From Escherichia coli (GTDB lineage Bacteria > Pseudomonadota > Gammaproteobacteria > Enterobacterales > Enterobacteriaceae), in assembly GCA_005400705.1 (NCBI GenBank), contig GCA_005400705.1_4079.1: a DNA stretch of 64,000 nucleotides. One strand, 5' to 3'. Each line of letters begins with the position of its first letter. Position 1 is the stretch's first letter. The translations under genes were made by a program, and so were the position numbers. Below, one piece after another: positions 1 to 14,329 of this stretch. The notes below the pieces were generated by a model that made no database searches, was not told the origin of the DNA, and worked only from the letters and a program-made list of their open reading frames with translations.

Positions 1-249
1 AGTAAAATTTCTGATTATGTTGAATCTACTGATGAAAAGATCAAACGTCTATCATCTGAGCACCAAGAATTAAGAACTGTAGCAATTAATGAGTTGAATA
101 ACATTAAGATGGCGATAGATCTTGAGGTAGCAACTGATTATGAAATAGAACTGTTTCCTAAGTTGAAAGCATATGTTCTTGAGCTATCATCTCTAACAAC
201 ATCTGAATTTAGTAAGAAGAAGTTTTCGTTCCCTGTTAAACCTGTTTAA
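1..249 (+). CDS. hypothetical protein, 3' end only (gene begins upstream of window)
   Basis: Open frame from window edge to TAA at 247-249; coiled-coil-like composition. Confidence 0.4.
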   Translation, partial: SKISDYVESTDEKIKRLSSEHQELRTVAINELNNIKMAIDLEVATDYEIELFPKLKAYVLELSSLTTSEFSKKKFSFPVKPV

Positions 250-277
250 AAGTTTTTTGGAACAAAATCGTAAGTAG

Positions 278-286
278 TGATACAAT
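278..286 (+). promoter_or_regulatory. extended -10 promoter (TGaTACAAT)
   Basis: TG at 278-279, TACAAT at 281-286; upstream of small ORF and DNA polymerase. Confidence 0.4.
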
Positions 287-293
287 GTAGTCA

Positions 294-324
294 TCTCACC
301 GATTGTGGTGAGGTGACATTTTTT
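294..324 (+). terminator. hairpin plus T-tract immediately downstream of promoter -10 (terminator/attenuator)
   Basis: tctcacc-gattgt-ggtgagg stem-loop followed by TTTTTTT. Confidence 0.4.
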
Positions 325-350
325 TGAAAACACACATGGAGAAATACAAA

Positions 351-653
351 ATGGCTAAATCTAAAAAAGAAGTTAAAGTTGAAATTCGTGATCTAAACGA
401 TGAACAACGTAAACGTCTCGGTGACGCACTTAACAACATTGTTGTACAACTAACTTTCATTGATGATACCAAAGCATCCTTATCTGATTTTGTTTCTAGT
501 GTTTCTGATGAACTTGGTATCGATGCATCTGATATCAAACAAGCTGCACAACGTATGTACAAAGGTGATTACTTTGACAAACAAAATAAACTCGATAATA
601 TCGAAACTATTCTTAGTGTTACTAATAATCTTCCACAAGCAGATGATTACTAA
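351..653 (+). CDS. hypothetical small protein
   Basis: ORF with GGAG about 9 nt upstream of ATG 351; followed by terminator. Confidence 0.5.
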   Translation: MAKSKKEVKVEIRDLNDEQRKRLGDALNNIVVQLTFIDDTKASLSDFVSSVSDELGIDASDIKQAAQRMYKGDYFDKQNKLDNIETILSVTNNLPQADDY

Positions 654-675
654 TTAGTACTAAAATATATTAAAT

Positions 676-703
676 AGCCTCCAATGACGGAGGCTTTCTT
701 TTT
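676..703. terminator. rho-independent terminator
   Basis: agcctcc-aatgac-ggaggct hairpin followed by T-rich tract. Confidence 0.55.
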
Positions 704-732
704 AACTTAATAAACGTAAGGGAATACAAACG

Positions 733-3700
733 ATGTATATCGATGCTTATATGGAACGTAAACGTACTGGTGATATTCTTCATGTAGTTGAACGTAAGAA
801 TGGTAAACGTATTCTACGCGAATTAGAACCAGTATATGAATATTATGTTGAATCCCCACAAGGAACACATAAAACTGTTTATGGTACAATGGCTAAACAT
901 TTTGAGTTTCAAACTCAAGCTCAAATGAATAAAAGTGTAGAGCAACACAAAAGTGAAGGTCTACGTATTTTTGAAAGTGATTGTAACATTACATTTAAAA
1001 CATTAGCTAAAGAATATATGGGAAAAGGTTCACCCGATTTGAACATCGTGTTCTTCGATATCGAGACTGATTTCCATAAGAAATTTGGTTATGCTCCACC
1101 ATCAGACCCGTTTAACCGAGTAACCGCTATTTCTCTATATCAATCATGGACTGGAAAGGATTATGTACTTACTTTACCACCTGCTGATATGGAAATTTAT
1201 GAAGCACAAGATATTGTTCGCCAACTAAATGAAGAAACAAACGATCCTAACAGTACTGTAATTTTATATACAGACGAAAAGGAAATGTTTATGGAATTCT
1301 TTAGTTTAATTGATGATTCTGATGTTATTTCAGGATGGAATAGTGAATTCTTTGATATTCCATATATGATCAATCGAACTAAAAAAATCTTCAATGAAGC
1401 AACAACTGCTCGTTGGTGTTTATGGAATAAAAAACCAAATTCACGTGAAGCAGACAACTTTGGTAAAACTGTTCAAACATATGATCTGGTAGGTCGCGTC
1501 CATCTTGATTATTTGGCTTTGTATAAGAAACATGCTGGTCAAGTTGAACAATCTTATAAACTAGATTATATTGCTGAAAAAGTAACTAAAGAAAATAAAG
1601 TATCATATGAAGGTTCATTGGATAAACTTTACAGAGAGGATTACATTACTTTCTTGCGTTATTCTAAACAGGATAGTATTCTTCTTAAAAAGATTGATGC
1701 TAAATGTGACTATATCAACCTACACAATCGACTTGCACACAAAGAATGTGTACTTATCAGTACAACAATGGGTTCAGTAGCACTAATCGACACTGCTATT
1801 ATCAACTTAGCACATACTCGTGGTGAAGTTGTTTTCAACAAAGCACCGAAAGATGATCTTGAGTTTGATCCAGAAATGGAATATTATGGTGAAGATGGTG
1901 AAGATGAAGATGAGAAAATTAGTGCAAAAGCAGCAGGTGCATGGGTACAAGATCCAGTACTAGGACTTGTAAGTGACCTTGGGTGTACTGACTTTAACTC
2001 TCTTTACCCTACTGTTCTACGTACTTTGGGTATGAGTACTGAATGTATTCTTGGTCAATTACGTCAAGATTACACCGATGCGTATCTTGCAGCTAAAATC
2101 CAAGAACAGAAGAACAAATCTAAATCTAAATCATTTGAACCAGATTGGACTGCGGCATGGCATGGTTTATTTGCTGCTGTTGAATTTACAATGGTTCATG
2201 AAAAGTCAGAAGAAACATTGATTGTTGATTTAGAAGATGGGAGTTCTTTTAAAGCAACGGGCAAAGAGCTATATGATATTATTTTTGCAGAAGATAGTAC
2301 TATTGTACTTAGTGCAAACGGAACACTTTTTGATAAGTCTAAGTCTGGTGTAATTCCTGACATTCTAACTCAATGGTATTCTGAACGTAAAGCACAGCAA
2401 AAAATGGTCATTGACTACAAACATATGTATACTGATGGTTGGGAGTTTAATGGCTATGAAAAAGTCGAACCACTACTATCAAACTATACCCCTGGTACAA
2501 TGTTTAGAACTAATATTCATGATAATGATCCTGTATACTTACTTCGTAAAGAAATTGGTAAAGGACAGTGGGATGAAGTTGCTAAGTTGATTGTAGAAAA
2601 CGGATTAGTACTAAAAGATGGTCGTATTTTCTGTCCTAAAGAAGAAAAAGATTACTTCAAACAACGTAGTGCTTTCTGGAAACAGAACCAACAGATTCGT
2701 AAGATTCTTCTAAACAGTCTATATGGTGCACTATTGAACAAAGGTTCTCGTTTTTTTGACAAACGTTTAGGTCAATCCGTAACATTAACTGGACGTTCTA
2801 TGACCAAACATATGGCAAGTCGTATCAATGAAATTACTACTGGTGTATATAACCACCAAGGTGGTTCAGTAATTTATGGTGATACTGACTCAGTTTACTT
2901 TAGTGTAACTCATTATCTGAAAGAACAAGGTATTCCATATAATCTATCTAAAGAAGAGATTGTTGATATGTATATTAAAATTGGTGAAGAAGTTGGTGAA
3001 TCTTTCCCATCATTTATGCATGAGATGTTCAACACTGGTATTGAAAAAGGTAAGATTGTTGGTGCAGACCTTGAGATGGTTGGTTCGCGTGGCCTATTCT
3101 TGAAGAAAAAACGTTATGCAATTCTGAAGTACTGGGAAGATGGGTTCCGTAAAGATATTGATGGTAAACCAGGTGAAATCAAAGCGATGGGTCTTGAAAT
3201 TAAACGCTCAGACACGCCAAAATACATCCAGAACTTCCTAGAAGAGACTCTAATCGCATTACTGGTAGGTGAGAGTGAACAACAGCTAAAACAGCGTGTA
3301 CGTGAGTTTAAGGACGTATTTAAGGATATGCCTGTACATGAAAAAGGTTCACCAAAAACTGTAAAAAACTACACTAATTTAGAGGCTGAATATCAGCTAA
3401 CTGGTAAGTGTAAAGTTGGTCACGTTCTTGCTGGTATCCAATGGAACCGTCTACGTGAAGTTTATGATGATAAATCTGTTCCAGAAGTAACAGATGGAAC
3501 AAAAGTAATTGTCTGTAACTTAAAAGATAATCCTATGGGAATTAAAGCAGTTGGTTATCCAATTGACTGTGTTGAGTATCTTCCAGAATGGTTCTTGGAA
3601 CTACCATTTGATACTGAAAAAATGGAAGAGATTGTTCTAACTAAAAAATTAGAGAATATTTTTGGTATTTTGGATATGGATATTGGTATTCATGAAAAAA

Positions 3701-3738
3701 GTACTGCGTCAGTAAACAATGGATTCTTCACTTGGTAA
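733..3738 (+). CDS. DNA polymerase, family B (T4 gp43-like) with 3'-5' exonuclease domain
   Basis: FFDIETD (Exo I), YSKQDS (Exo II), DFNSLYP (motif A), KILLNSLYG (motif B), YGDTDS (motif C) in 1001-aa ORF. Confidence 0.95.
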   Translation: MYIDAYMERKRTGDILHVVERKNGKRILRELEPVYEYYVESPQGTHKTVYGTMAKHFEFQTQAQMNKSVEQHKSEGLRIFESDCNITFKTLAKEYMGKGSPDLNIVFFDIETDFHKKFGYAPPSDPFNRVTAISLYQSWTGKDYVLTLPPADMEIYEAQDIVRQLNEETNDPNSTVILYTDEKEMFMEFFSLIDDSDVISGWNSEFFDIPYMINRTKKIFNEATTARWCLWNKKPNSREADNFGKTVQTYDLVGRVHLDYLALYKKHAGQVEQSYKLDYIAEKVTKENKVSYEGSLDKLYREDYITFLRYSKQDSILLKKIDAKCDYINLHNRLAHKECVLISTTMGSVALIDTAIINLAHTRGEVVFNKAPKDDLEFDPEMEYYGEDGEDEDEKISAKAAGAWVQDPVLGLVSDLGCTDFNSLYPTVLRTLGMSTECILGQLRQDYTDAYLAAKIQEQKNKSKSKSFEPDWTAAWHGLFAAVEFTMVHEKSEETLIVDLEDGSSFKATGKELYDIIFAEDSTIVLSANGTLFDKSKSGVIPDILTQWYSERKAQQKMVIDYKHMYTDGWEFNGYEKVEPLLSNYTPGTMFRTNIHDNDPVYLLRKEIGKGQWDEVAKLIVENGLVLKDGRIFCPKEEKDYFKQRSAFWKQNQQIRKILLNSLYGALLNKGSRFFDKRLGQSVTLTGRSMTKHMASRINEITTGVYNHQGGSVIYGDTDSVYFSVTHYLKEQGIPYNLSKEEIVDMYIKIGEEVGESFPSFMHEMFNTGIEKGKIVGADLEMVGSRGLFLKKKRYAILKYWEDGFRKDIDGKPGEIKAMGLEIKRSDTPKYIQNFLEETLIALLVGESEQQLKQRVREFKDVFKDMPVHEKGSPKTVKNYTNLEAEYQLTGKCKVGHVLAGIQWNRLREVYDDKSVPEVTDGTKVIVCNLKDNPMGIKAVGYPIDCVEYLPEWFLELPFDTEKMEEIVLTKKLENIFGILDMDIGIHEKSTASVNNGFFTW

Positions 3739-3749
3739 GGAGTAATAAT

Positions 3750-3899
3750 ATGGTTATTGTAAATGAAATTGAACTAAACTATGACGAAGTAAACGATACT
3801 TTCACTAATGAGATGTTGAATCTTACTGAAGAAAGTGTAAATGAGGCATGGGAAAAATATGTAGAATGGACTTCATTACAAGGTAAAAATGATGAGTAA
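3750..3899 (+). CDS. hypothetical small protein (49 aa, not in ORF track)
   Basis: AAGGAG-like RBS then ATG at 3750; stop overlaps next start. Confidence 0.3.
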   Translation: MVIVNEIELNYDEVNDTFTNEMLNLTEESVNEAWEKYVEWTSLQGKNDE

Positions 3900-4188
3900 T
3901 ATATATAAGCGTATTGGTGAAGTATTAGAAGGCAATGGTATCATTAATTCTGTACTAGCATATGATAATGATGAAGAAGTAGTTCTAATTGGTGCGGGTT
4001 TTACTCGCACTGGTTCAGTGGAAGTTGACGGAGAGATTGCTGATGTTTACACTCTTGTGAAAAAGCGTAAAGTTGTTTTTGTCGATGATGTACATACATT
4101 AAAAGACTTGAAAAAATTACGAGATAAAATTGGCATGAGTTCTACAATTGATAAGCCTTATCTTCAACGTTGGAATACAAAATACTGA
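3889..4188 (+). CDS. hypothetical protein
   Basis: 99-aa ORF, same strand, tightly packed. Confidence 0.45.
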   Translation: MMSNIYKRIGEVLEGNGIINSVLAYDNDEEVVLIGAGFTRTGSVEVDGEIADVYTLVKKRKVVFVDDVHTLKDLKKLRDKIGMSSTIDKPYLQRWNTKY

Positions 4189-4195
4189 TAAAAAA

Positions 4196-4225
4196 TTGAG
4201 ACAAGCATCATTTTTGAGATATAAT
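4196..4225 (+). promoter_or_regulatory. sigma70-like promoter (TTGAGA-18-TATAAT)
   Basis: TTGAGA 4196-4201, TATAAT 4220-4225, upstream of clamp gene. Confidence 0.4.
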
Positions 4226-4289
4226 GGTGCTTGTAGTAATCTTACATAAAAACATTTTTTGATTAACAAATAAAACGGAGAATTATATA

Positions 4290-5021
4290 ATGGATCTACG
4301 CAACGTACTACGTGACCTCGTAAACACAACCAGTGGTATTGACTTCTCTTGTATTGCAGTAAGCAGTGAAGACCGTGGTGAAGGACAACGTGTATATCTA
4401 GAAGCGTACACAGATGACCGAACTCTTGTAATGCGAGCATATACTAAAGAAGATGTTCCTGAAGTTCAGGGTCGTTTTGGCTTAGGTAATCTAGGTCTTC
4501 TTCAGGGTCTAATGTCTCTAAAAACATACAGTACCGAAGGAACCACAATCACATCAAATGTTAAAGATGGTTCAGTTAAAAGTCTGGCATTTAAATCTGA
4601 AGATGCAAGCACTACATTTATGGTACAAGCTGAAAAACTTATTCCAGTTCAACCACGTTTTCATGAACAACCATATGACGTACAGGTTATTCCTAGTGCA
4701 GCAAAAGTTCAGGAACTAAAGAGTTTTTCTGGTGTATTTAAATCTTTTAGTTCTCTTGTAACTCCGTATACTGAAGGCGACACCCTATACTTTCACGTTG
4801 GTGAGAAAAACAAAAGTAACCACGTTGGTTCTCTAGCTTTTTCTAAAACTGAAGGTGAATTAGGTCTTGGTTTTGGTTATAATATTGATCGCGTACTTCA
4901 AGCATTATCTCGCGTATCTAATGCCGAATCAGTATCACTTGGTATTACTAAAACTGGTATGCTAAATGTAACACTAGATACTGGAATTGCAGTATACAAA
5001 TTTTACGTAACAGGCTGCTAA
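4290..5021 (+). CDS. sliding clamp (T4 gp45-like)
   Basis: 243 aa; GLGNLGLLQGLMSL segment resembles the gp45 LNGFLGILSLV region as I recall it; sits near polymerase. Confidence 0.55.
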   Translation: MDLRNVLRDLVNTTSGIDFSCIAVSSEDRGEGQRVYLEAYTDDRTLVMRAYTKEDVPEVQGRFGLGNLGLLQGLMSLKTYSTEGTTITSNVKDGSVKSLAFKSEDASTTFMVQAEKLIPVQPRFHEQPYDVQVIPSAAKVQELKSFSGVFKSFSSLVTPYTEGDTLYFHVGEKNKSNHVGSLAFSKTEGELGLGFGYNIDRVLQALSRVSNAESVSLGITKTGMLNVTLDTGIAVYKFYVTGC

Positions 5022-5029
5022 TATAAATA
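5022..5029 (+). promoter_or_regulatory. TATAAATA late-promoter-like motif
   Basis: Exact TATAAATA followed by ggggaaca/tgttcccc hairpin (5032-5050). Confidence 0.3.
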
Positions 5030-5085
5030 ACGGGGAACACTATGTTCCCCAAATTAGTTTGATTTAAAAAGTAAAGGAATACAAA

Positions 5086-5292
5086 ATGCCATTATATACA
5101 TATCGTTGTGAAAAAGAAGAATGCAAACATAGCATGGAAAAAATTGTTAAAATTGCAAATCGTGATGAACCTCATGATTGTCCTAAATGTAATGGTGAAA
5201 AAACTATGAAGTTGGAAGTGTTCACTCCAGGTGATAAGGGTGCTAATCTTTATTTCCGTGGAAAATGGTTTGCAAATACTGGAGGTTACTGA
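5086..5292 (+). CDS. zinc-ribbon protein (FmdB-like)
   Basis: MPLYTYRCEKEEC...CPKCNG: two CxxC pairs in 68 aa. Confidence 0.5.
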   Translation: MPLYTYRCEKEECKHSMEKIVKIANRDEPHDCPKCNGEKTMKLEVFTPGDKGANLYFRGKWFANTGGY

Positions 5293-5293
5293 T

Positions 5294-5593
5294 ATGAAAA
5301 TTAAAATGATTAATGATTACGTTCTTGTTCGACAAATTGAAGCACAGAATAAAAGTACTGGTGGTATTATTCTAGGTAATGTTGAACCACCATGTATTGG
5401 GATGGTAATTTCCGTTGGTCCAGGTAAAATTCTTCCGAACGGACAACTTGCAGAACATAATATTAAAGAAGGTGATATGGTTGTGTTTGGTCGTTCATCT
5501 TTGAACACACCACTGACTGAAGATCTTGGTGGCGGTGAAGATACATATTATGTAATGAAAATCGAAGAGATTTTTGGTAAGAAAAATGGCTAA
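5294..5593 (+). CDS. GroES/Cpn10-like co-chaperonin
   Basis: KSTGGIILG mobile-loop-like motif, VISVGPGKILPNG, GDMVVF; GGAGG RBS 8 nt upstream. Confidence 0.75.
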   Translation: MKIKMINDYVLVRQIEAQNKSTGGIILGNVEPPCIGMVISVGPGKILPNGQLAEHNIKEGDMVVFGRSSLNTPLTEDLGGGEDTYYVMKIEEIFGKKNG

Positions 5594-6311
5594 AAAGAAA
5601 TTTATTCCATTTTGGATGGTCCCTGCTCACTGGGGACTTTCTGGAAAGGCAAAAGAGATAGCTAAAGCATACTACTACAATGATGATTATGAAGCTGATA
5701 TGAAAGTTGCTGAATTGACATATCTAACTCCATATGAAGTTGAAGTGGCCCAATTGGATATTAAAAAGAAATATAGCGTAATTGGAGATTTGGAATATCT
5801 AATTGCTGCACTTGATGTTGAACTAAAATATTCTAAAATTACTCGTGAACAGTATGATGTTAAAGTTCTTGATGCAAAACTAAGTATTGGAGTTATTACA
5901 GAAAAAGAATATGATATGGAAATCATTGAGTTAATGCCAGAAGGTGATGAAAAAAGGCTTAAGGCTATTGAATTTGCATATCGTTACGATGAAATCACAC
6001 AAAGTGAATATTCTAAGGAAATATACACACTTCGTAAAGAACCTTGGATTGATTTGGATGTTGTTCTTGATCCTGAAACTAATGAAGTTGAGTTTGTATT
6101 TGACTATAATGAATATTTCTGGAAAAAGTTGAAAGCTGAAGGTCATCCAGGAAATGATGAAGAAGAAATTATCGATAACTTTGTGAGAGACTTGGGGCGT
6201 AAACTTGCTACGGATGATTTCAGTGATGATTACGACACAAAGCTGGTGAGTGCGAACGAAGGATTAGACAAGCTACCTGGTTTGCCTGAAGGATTTCGTT
6301 CATATAGATAA
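5586..6311 (+). CDS. hypothetical protein with repeated ITxxEY (SHOCT-like) motifs
   Basis: KITREQYDVK / VITEKEYDME / EITQSEYSKE repeats; start overlaps GroES stop. Confidence 0.5.
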   Translation: MAKKKFIPFWMVPAHWGLSGKAKEIAKAYYYNDDYEADMKVAELTYLTPYEVEVAQLDIKKKYSVIGDLEYLIAALDVELKYSKITREQYDVKVLDAKLSIGVITEKEYDMEIIELMPEGDEKRLKAIEFAYRYDEITQSEYSKEIYTLRKEPWIDLDVVLDPETNEVEFVFDYNEYFWKKLKAEGHPGNDEEEIIDNFVRDLGRKLATDDFSDDYDTKLVSANEGLDKLPGLPEGFRSYR

Positions 6312-6323
6312 CATATAAAAAAA

Positions 6324-6350
6324 GGAGAGCAAATGCTCTCCTTTTCTTTT
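6324..6350. terminator. bidirectional rho-independent terminator between convergent genes
   Basis: ggagagc-aaat-gctctcc hairpin flanked by A-tract and T-tract. Confidence 0.6.
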
Positions 6351-6358
6351 GAAAAATA

Positions 6359-7048
6359 TTAAACCAATGCTGGGATGTATTGGAAAAGTTTAACACCGAA
6401 ATCACCTGCTGCATCAGCAGATTGGGAACGTAGGTAAACTTCGGTAACACCATCTTTAGCAAGTAGTGGAACACCAGTTAGATCATCAATTAGTAGACGG
6501 CCTTCTTCGGATTCAGTACTTGGTACACCTTGTGGTGATTTAAGATCTTTGTTAAAGACACCCGCACGTTCAACTAGGAAGGTAACAACAGAAGCATCAG
6601 CAATACTAACTGAACCTGCACTCAATACACCATCAGGTGCGTTGGTGAAACCAGTAACTGGAAATACTTCAAGACCATTACCTGCGATGTTAGAGGTAGC
6701 GATGATAACCGCACGTTGTTGAACAACATCGACAATACGTTTAACGTTAGTTTGTGCTGCATAAGATGCATTGTAATCAGCTTCTAGTGTGCCAAGAACA
6801 AATGCAGTTCCATCAATACGTTTGATACCTTTATCATTTAGATATGCTAGAATTTCTTCTGGAATATCAGTGTTTAGAAAACGTTGTAGACCAGCATAAG
6901 AAGAAACTGCACCAGTAACTAGAACGTTTACGTCTCCTAGCTTACTGATAGCAATGGATGCTAGGGCGTTAGTGCCACAAAAGTAACCTAGAATACGTTC
7001 AAAGGAATAACCATTGATACGTTCAAAAGAAGTATTAGTATATGACAT
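6359..7048 (-). CDS. hypothetical protein, paralog of 7063..7662 (possible late/structural)
   Basis: 229 aa, A/G/V/T-rich; AGGAGG RBS; shares QQRAV...VTFLVERAGVFNK block with neighbour. Confidence 0.6.
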   Translation of the reverse strand: MSYTNTSFERINGYSFERILGYFCGTNALASIAISKLGDVNVLVTGAVSSYAGLQRFLNTDIPEEILAYLNDKGIKRIDGTAFVLGTLEADYNASYAAQTNVKRIVDVVQQRAVIIATSNIAGNGLEVFPVTGFTNAPDGVLSAGSVSIADASVVTFLVERAGVFNKDLKSPQGVPSTESEEGRLLIDDLTGVPLLAKDGVTEVYLRSQSADAAGDFGVKLFQYIPALV

Positions 7049-7062
7049 AATCTATCCTCCTA

Positions 7063-7662
7063 TTATAGTTGAACAGGAAGAGCAGCACGTACTTTAATTG
7101 CTACAGCAGTAGATGCACCTGCATCACCAACACCATCAGTACCTTGACTTACGAAAGTTTTGGTACGGAAAACTTTAGCTTGAGCGATAGACTTAGCTAG
7201 GTCAACAGTTGGATCAACTGGAGCAGGACATGCTGAACCAGGACGAACTTCTTGCTTGTTAAATACGTCTTGACGTTCACAGATGAAAGTCAATGCAACA
7301 GAATTAGCACCACCTGCTACATCAGCACCACTAGTGCCGAACGCAACTACGTTTGGATTAGCATTTTTGAAATCAGCAGGAATAACAACTTCTGAATCAA
7401 GAGCTAGTAGAGAGGTAGTAACTAGAACTGCACGTTGTTGTAGTAGTTGGGTAACCATGAATAGGTTATATTGAGCATTACTTAGAGCAGTTTGATACGC
7501 TTCAGCTTGAACATCAGAACCGTCAGAAGTAACTTTGGTAGTACCTAGTTCAACATCAGTTGGTAGATCGATTACGATGGTAACGAAACCGTTATTACCA
7601 CCCCACCATTCGCGAGCAACGCTAGACATACCATAGTTACGGTTAAAAGAATTAAGACTCAT
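7063..7662 (-). CDS. hypothetical protein, paralog of 6359..7048 (possible late/structural)
   Basis: 199 aa; AAGGAG RBS; QQRAVLVTTS...LTFICERQDVFNK aligned with neighbour. Confidence 0.6.
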   Translation of the reverse strand: MSLNSFNRNYGMSSVAREWWGGNNGFVTIVIDLPTDVELGTTKVTSDGSDVQAEAYQTALSNAQYNLFMVTQLLQQRAVLVTTSLLALDSEVVIPADFKNANPNVVAFGTSGADVAGGANSVALTFICERQDVFNKQEVRPGSACPAPVDPTVDLAKSIAQAKVFRTKTFVSQGTDGVGDAGASTAVAIKVRAALPVQL

Positions 7663-7803
7663 GAAAATCTCCTTGTCAAATTTTGTGCAGGTATATCCTG
7701 CTTAAAGTTATTTATCAAAAAATATCACTAGCATTTAAATTTACTGAGATATTTAATGAATTTCTATGATATTATTTATCAAATCTGGGAAAGTGATTCA
7801 AGA

Positions 7804-7814
7804 TGTGCTATAAT
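7804..7814 (+). promoter_or_regulatory. extended -10 promoter (TGcTATAAT)
   Basis: gtgctataat; followed by caatga-aaa-tcattg palindrome at 7819-7833. Confidence 0.45.
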
Positions 7815-7823
7815 TATCAATGA

Positions 7824-13081
<5,258 letters not shown>

Positions 13082-13109
13082 TTAAAAAATATGGGACAGT
13101 ATAAAAACC

Positions 13110-13120
13110 TGTGCTATAAT
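13110..13120 (+). promoter_or_regulatory. extended -10 promoter (TGcTATAAT) for SSB gene
   Basis: gtgctataat about 88 nt upstream of ATG 13208. Confidence 0.45.
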
Positions 13121-13207
13121 GTAAAACGTTGAAGGAACAATGAAGTTTCTGAAACATTGAAGCCAATTAACAAATAACAAAGAAACCCAAAATCAAGGAA
13201 GATATAT

Positions 13208-14260
13208 ATGAAATCTCTAGCTGAAATTCGTGCACACCTAAAAGCAGAACAAGAAAAAGCAGAAGCTCAAAAGAATGGTACATTTACTGGCGAGCGTAAA
13301 GCTGATTCGTTCTTAGCTTTCTGGAACGTACCTTATAACGAACCACTAAACCTACGTTTTCTACCAGATGCAGATGAGTCTAACCCATTCTTCTGGCGTG
13401 AACGTGACATGATTAACCTAACTTTCAATGGTGTAGTCGGTATGCACACTGATAAAGTTACCGTTCAAGTACCTTGTAACGAAATGTGGGTTCCTAAATC
13501 CTGTCCGGTTCTGAAAGAAGTACGTCAATGGTTCCAAAGTGCGAATGAAACAGGGAACGAAGAACTAAAAGCAATGGCTGGTCGTTACTGGAAGAAGAAA
13601 ACCTATCTAATGCAATGTTTTATTGCTCCTGATAGCGTTGCAGTAAAAGACGACATTGCACCAGAAAATCCAATTCGTCGTATTCTGGCTAACAAAGATA
13701 TCTTTGATAAAGTTAAATCCATCCTGCTAAACCCAGGCATCAAAGAGTCTCCAACTCACTACGTTCAAGGTCGTGATTTTGGTATTGTTAAAACTAAGAA
13801 TGGTGGTGGTTATAATAGCTACGACATGTCTCAATTCTCCATGTCTGAGCGTCCACTAAACGAAGAAGAACTAGCAGCAATTGAAAAATATGGCCTATAC
13901 AATCTAAATGATTTTATGCCAAAACAACCAACTCCAGAAGAGTTGAAAGCAATTGAAGAAATGTTCGAAGCATCAGTAAATGGTGAAGCATATGATCCAG
14001 CACGTTGGGCATTTGCATATCGTCCAGCAGGTGTACCAAAACCTAACTCTGGAACTGTTACTGAATCAAAACCAACTCCTGCTCCAGTACAACAAGAGTC
14101 AGCACCTGCACCAGTAGCACCTACTGCTCCAGTTACACCAGCCCAACAAGCTGCTCCAGTAACTCCAGTCGCTACCCCAGCAGCAACCACTCCTGAAGCA
14201 CCAAAAGAACAACTATCTGCATCTGCACTAGTTGCTCGTTTGAAACAACAAGGTAAGTAA
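13208..14260 (+). CDS. single-stranded DNA-binding protein (T4 gp32-like)
   Basis: His/Cys cluster (MHTDKV...VPCNEMWVPKSCP) consistent with gp32 Zn site; Pro/Ala-rich C-terminal tail. Confidence 0.75.
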   Translation: MKSLAEIRAHLKAEQEKAEAQKNGTFTGERKADSFLAFWNVPYNEPLNLRFLPDADESNPFFWRERDMINLTFNGVVGMHTDKVTVQVPCNEMWVPKSCPVLKEVRQWFQSANETGNEELKAMAGRYWKKKTYLMQCFIAPDSVAVKDDIAPENPIRRILANKDIFDKVKSILLNPGIKESPTHYVQGRDFGIVKTKNGGGYNSYDMSQFSMSERPLNEEELAAIEKYGLYNLNDFMPKQPTPEELKAIEEMFEASVNGEAYDPARWAFAYRPAGVPKPNSGTVTESKPTPAPVQQESAPAPVAPTAPVTPAQQAAPVTPVATPAATTPEAPKEQLSASALVARLKQQGK

Positions 14261-14278
14261 TAGTTTTTGAAAAGTTAA

Positions 14279-14305
14279 GGGGCAACGGAGTTTGCCCCGT
14301 TTTAT
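14279..14305 (+). terminator. rho-independent terminator
   Basis: ggggcaa...ttgcccc hairpin followed by T-tract. Confidence 0.55.
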
Positions 14306-14329
14306 TTCATAAAATTCAAGGAGCGAATT

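Noticed and set aside
1197-1457. Antisense ORFs inside well-supported genes (e.g. 1197..1457, 17549..17914, 47837..48073, 58902..59261)
   Set aside because: They overlap confidently assigned plus-strand genes, lack ribosome-binding sites and have low-complexity translations; most likely spurious.
733-3738. Intein or intron in the DNA polymerase gene
   Set aside because: The ORF is about 100 aa longer than T4 gp43 as I recall it, but it is continuous, has all polymerase motifs in order and shows no intein splice-junction or endonuclease motifs.
5022-5050. Functional late promoter at 5022-5029
   Set aside because: TATAAATA is present but is immediately followed by a strong hairpin and sits at the end of the clamp gene; it is equally likely to be a terminator region, so it is kept as low confidence only.
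13831-14190. 119-aa Gly/Ala/Thr-rich minus-strand ORF
   Set aside because: It is the antisense reading of the Pro/Ala-rich codon repeats at the 3' end of the SSB gene, a compositional artefact.
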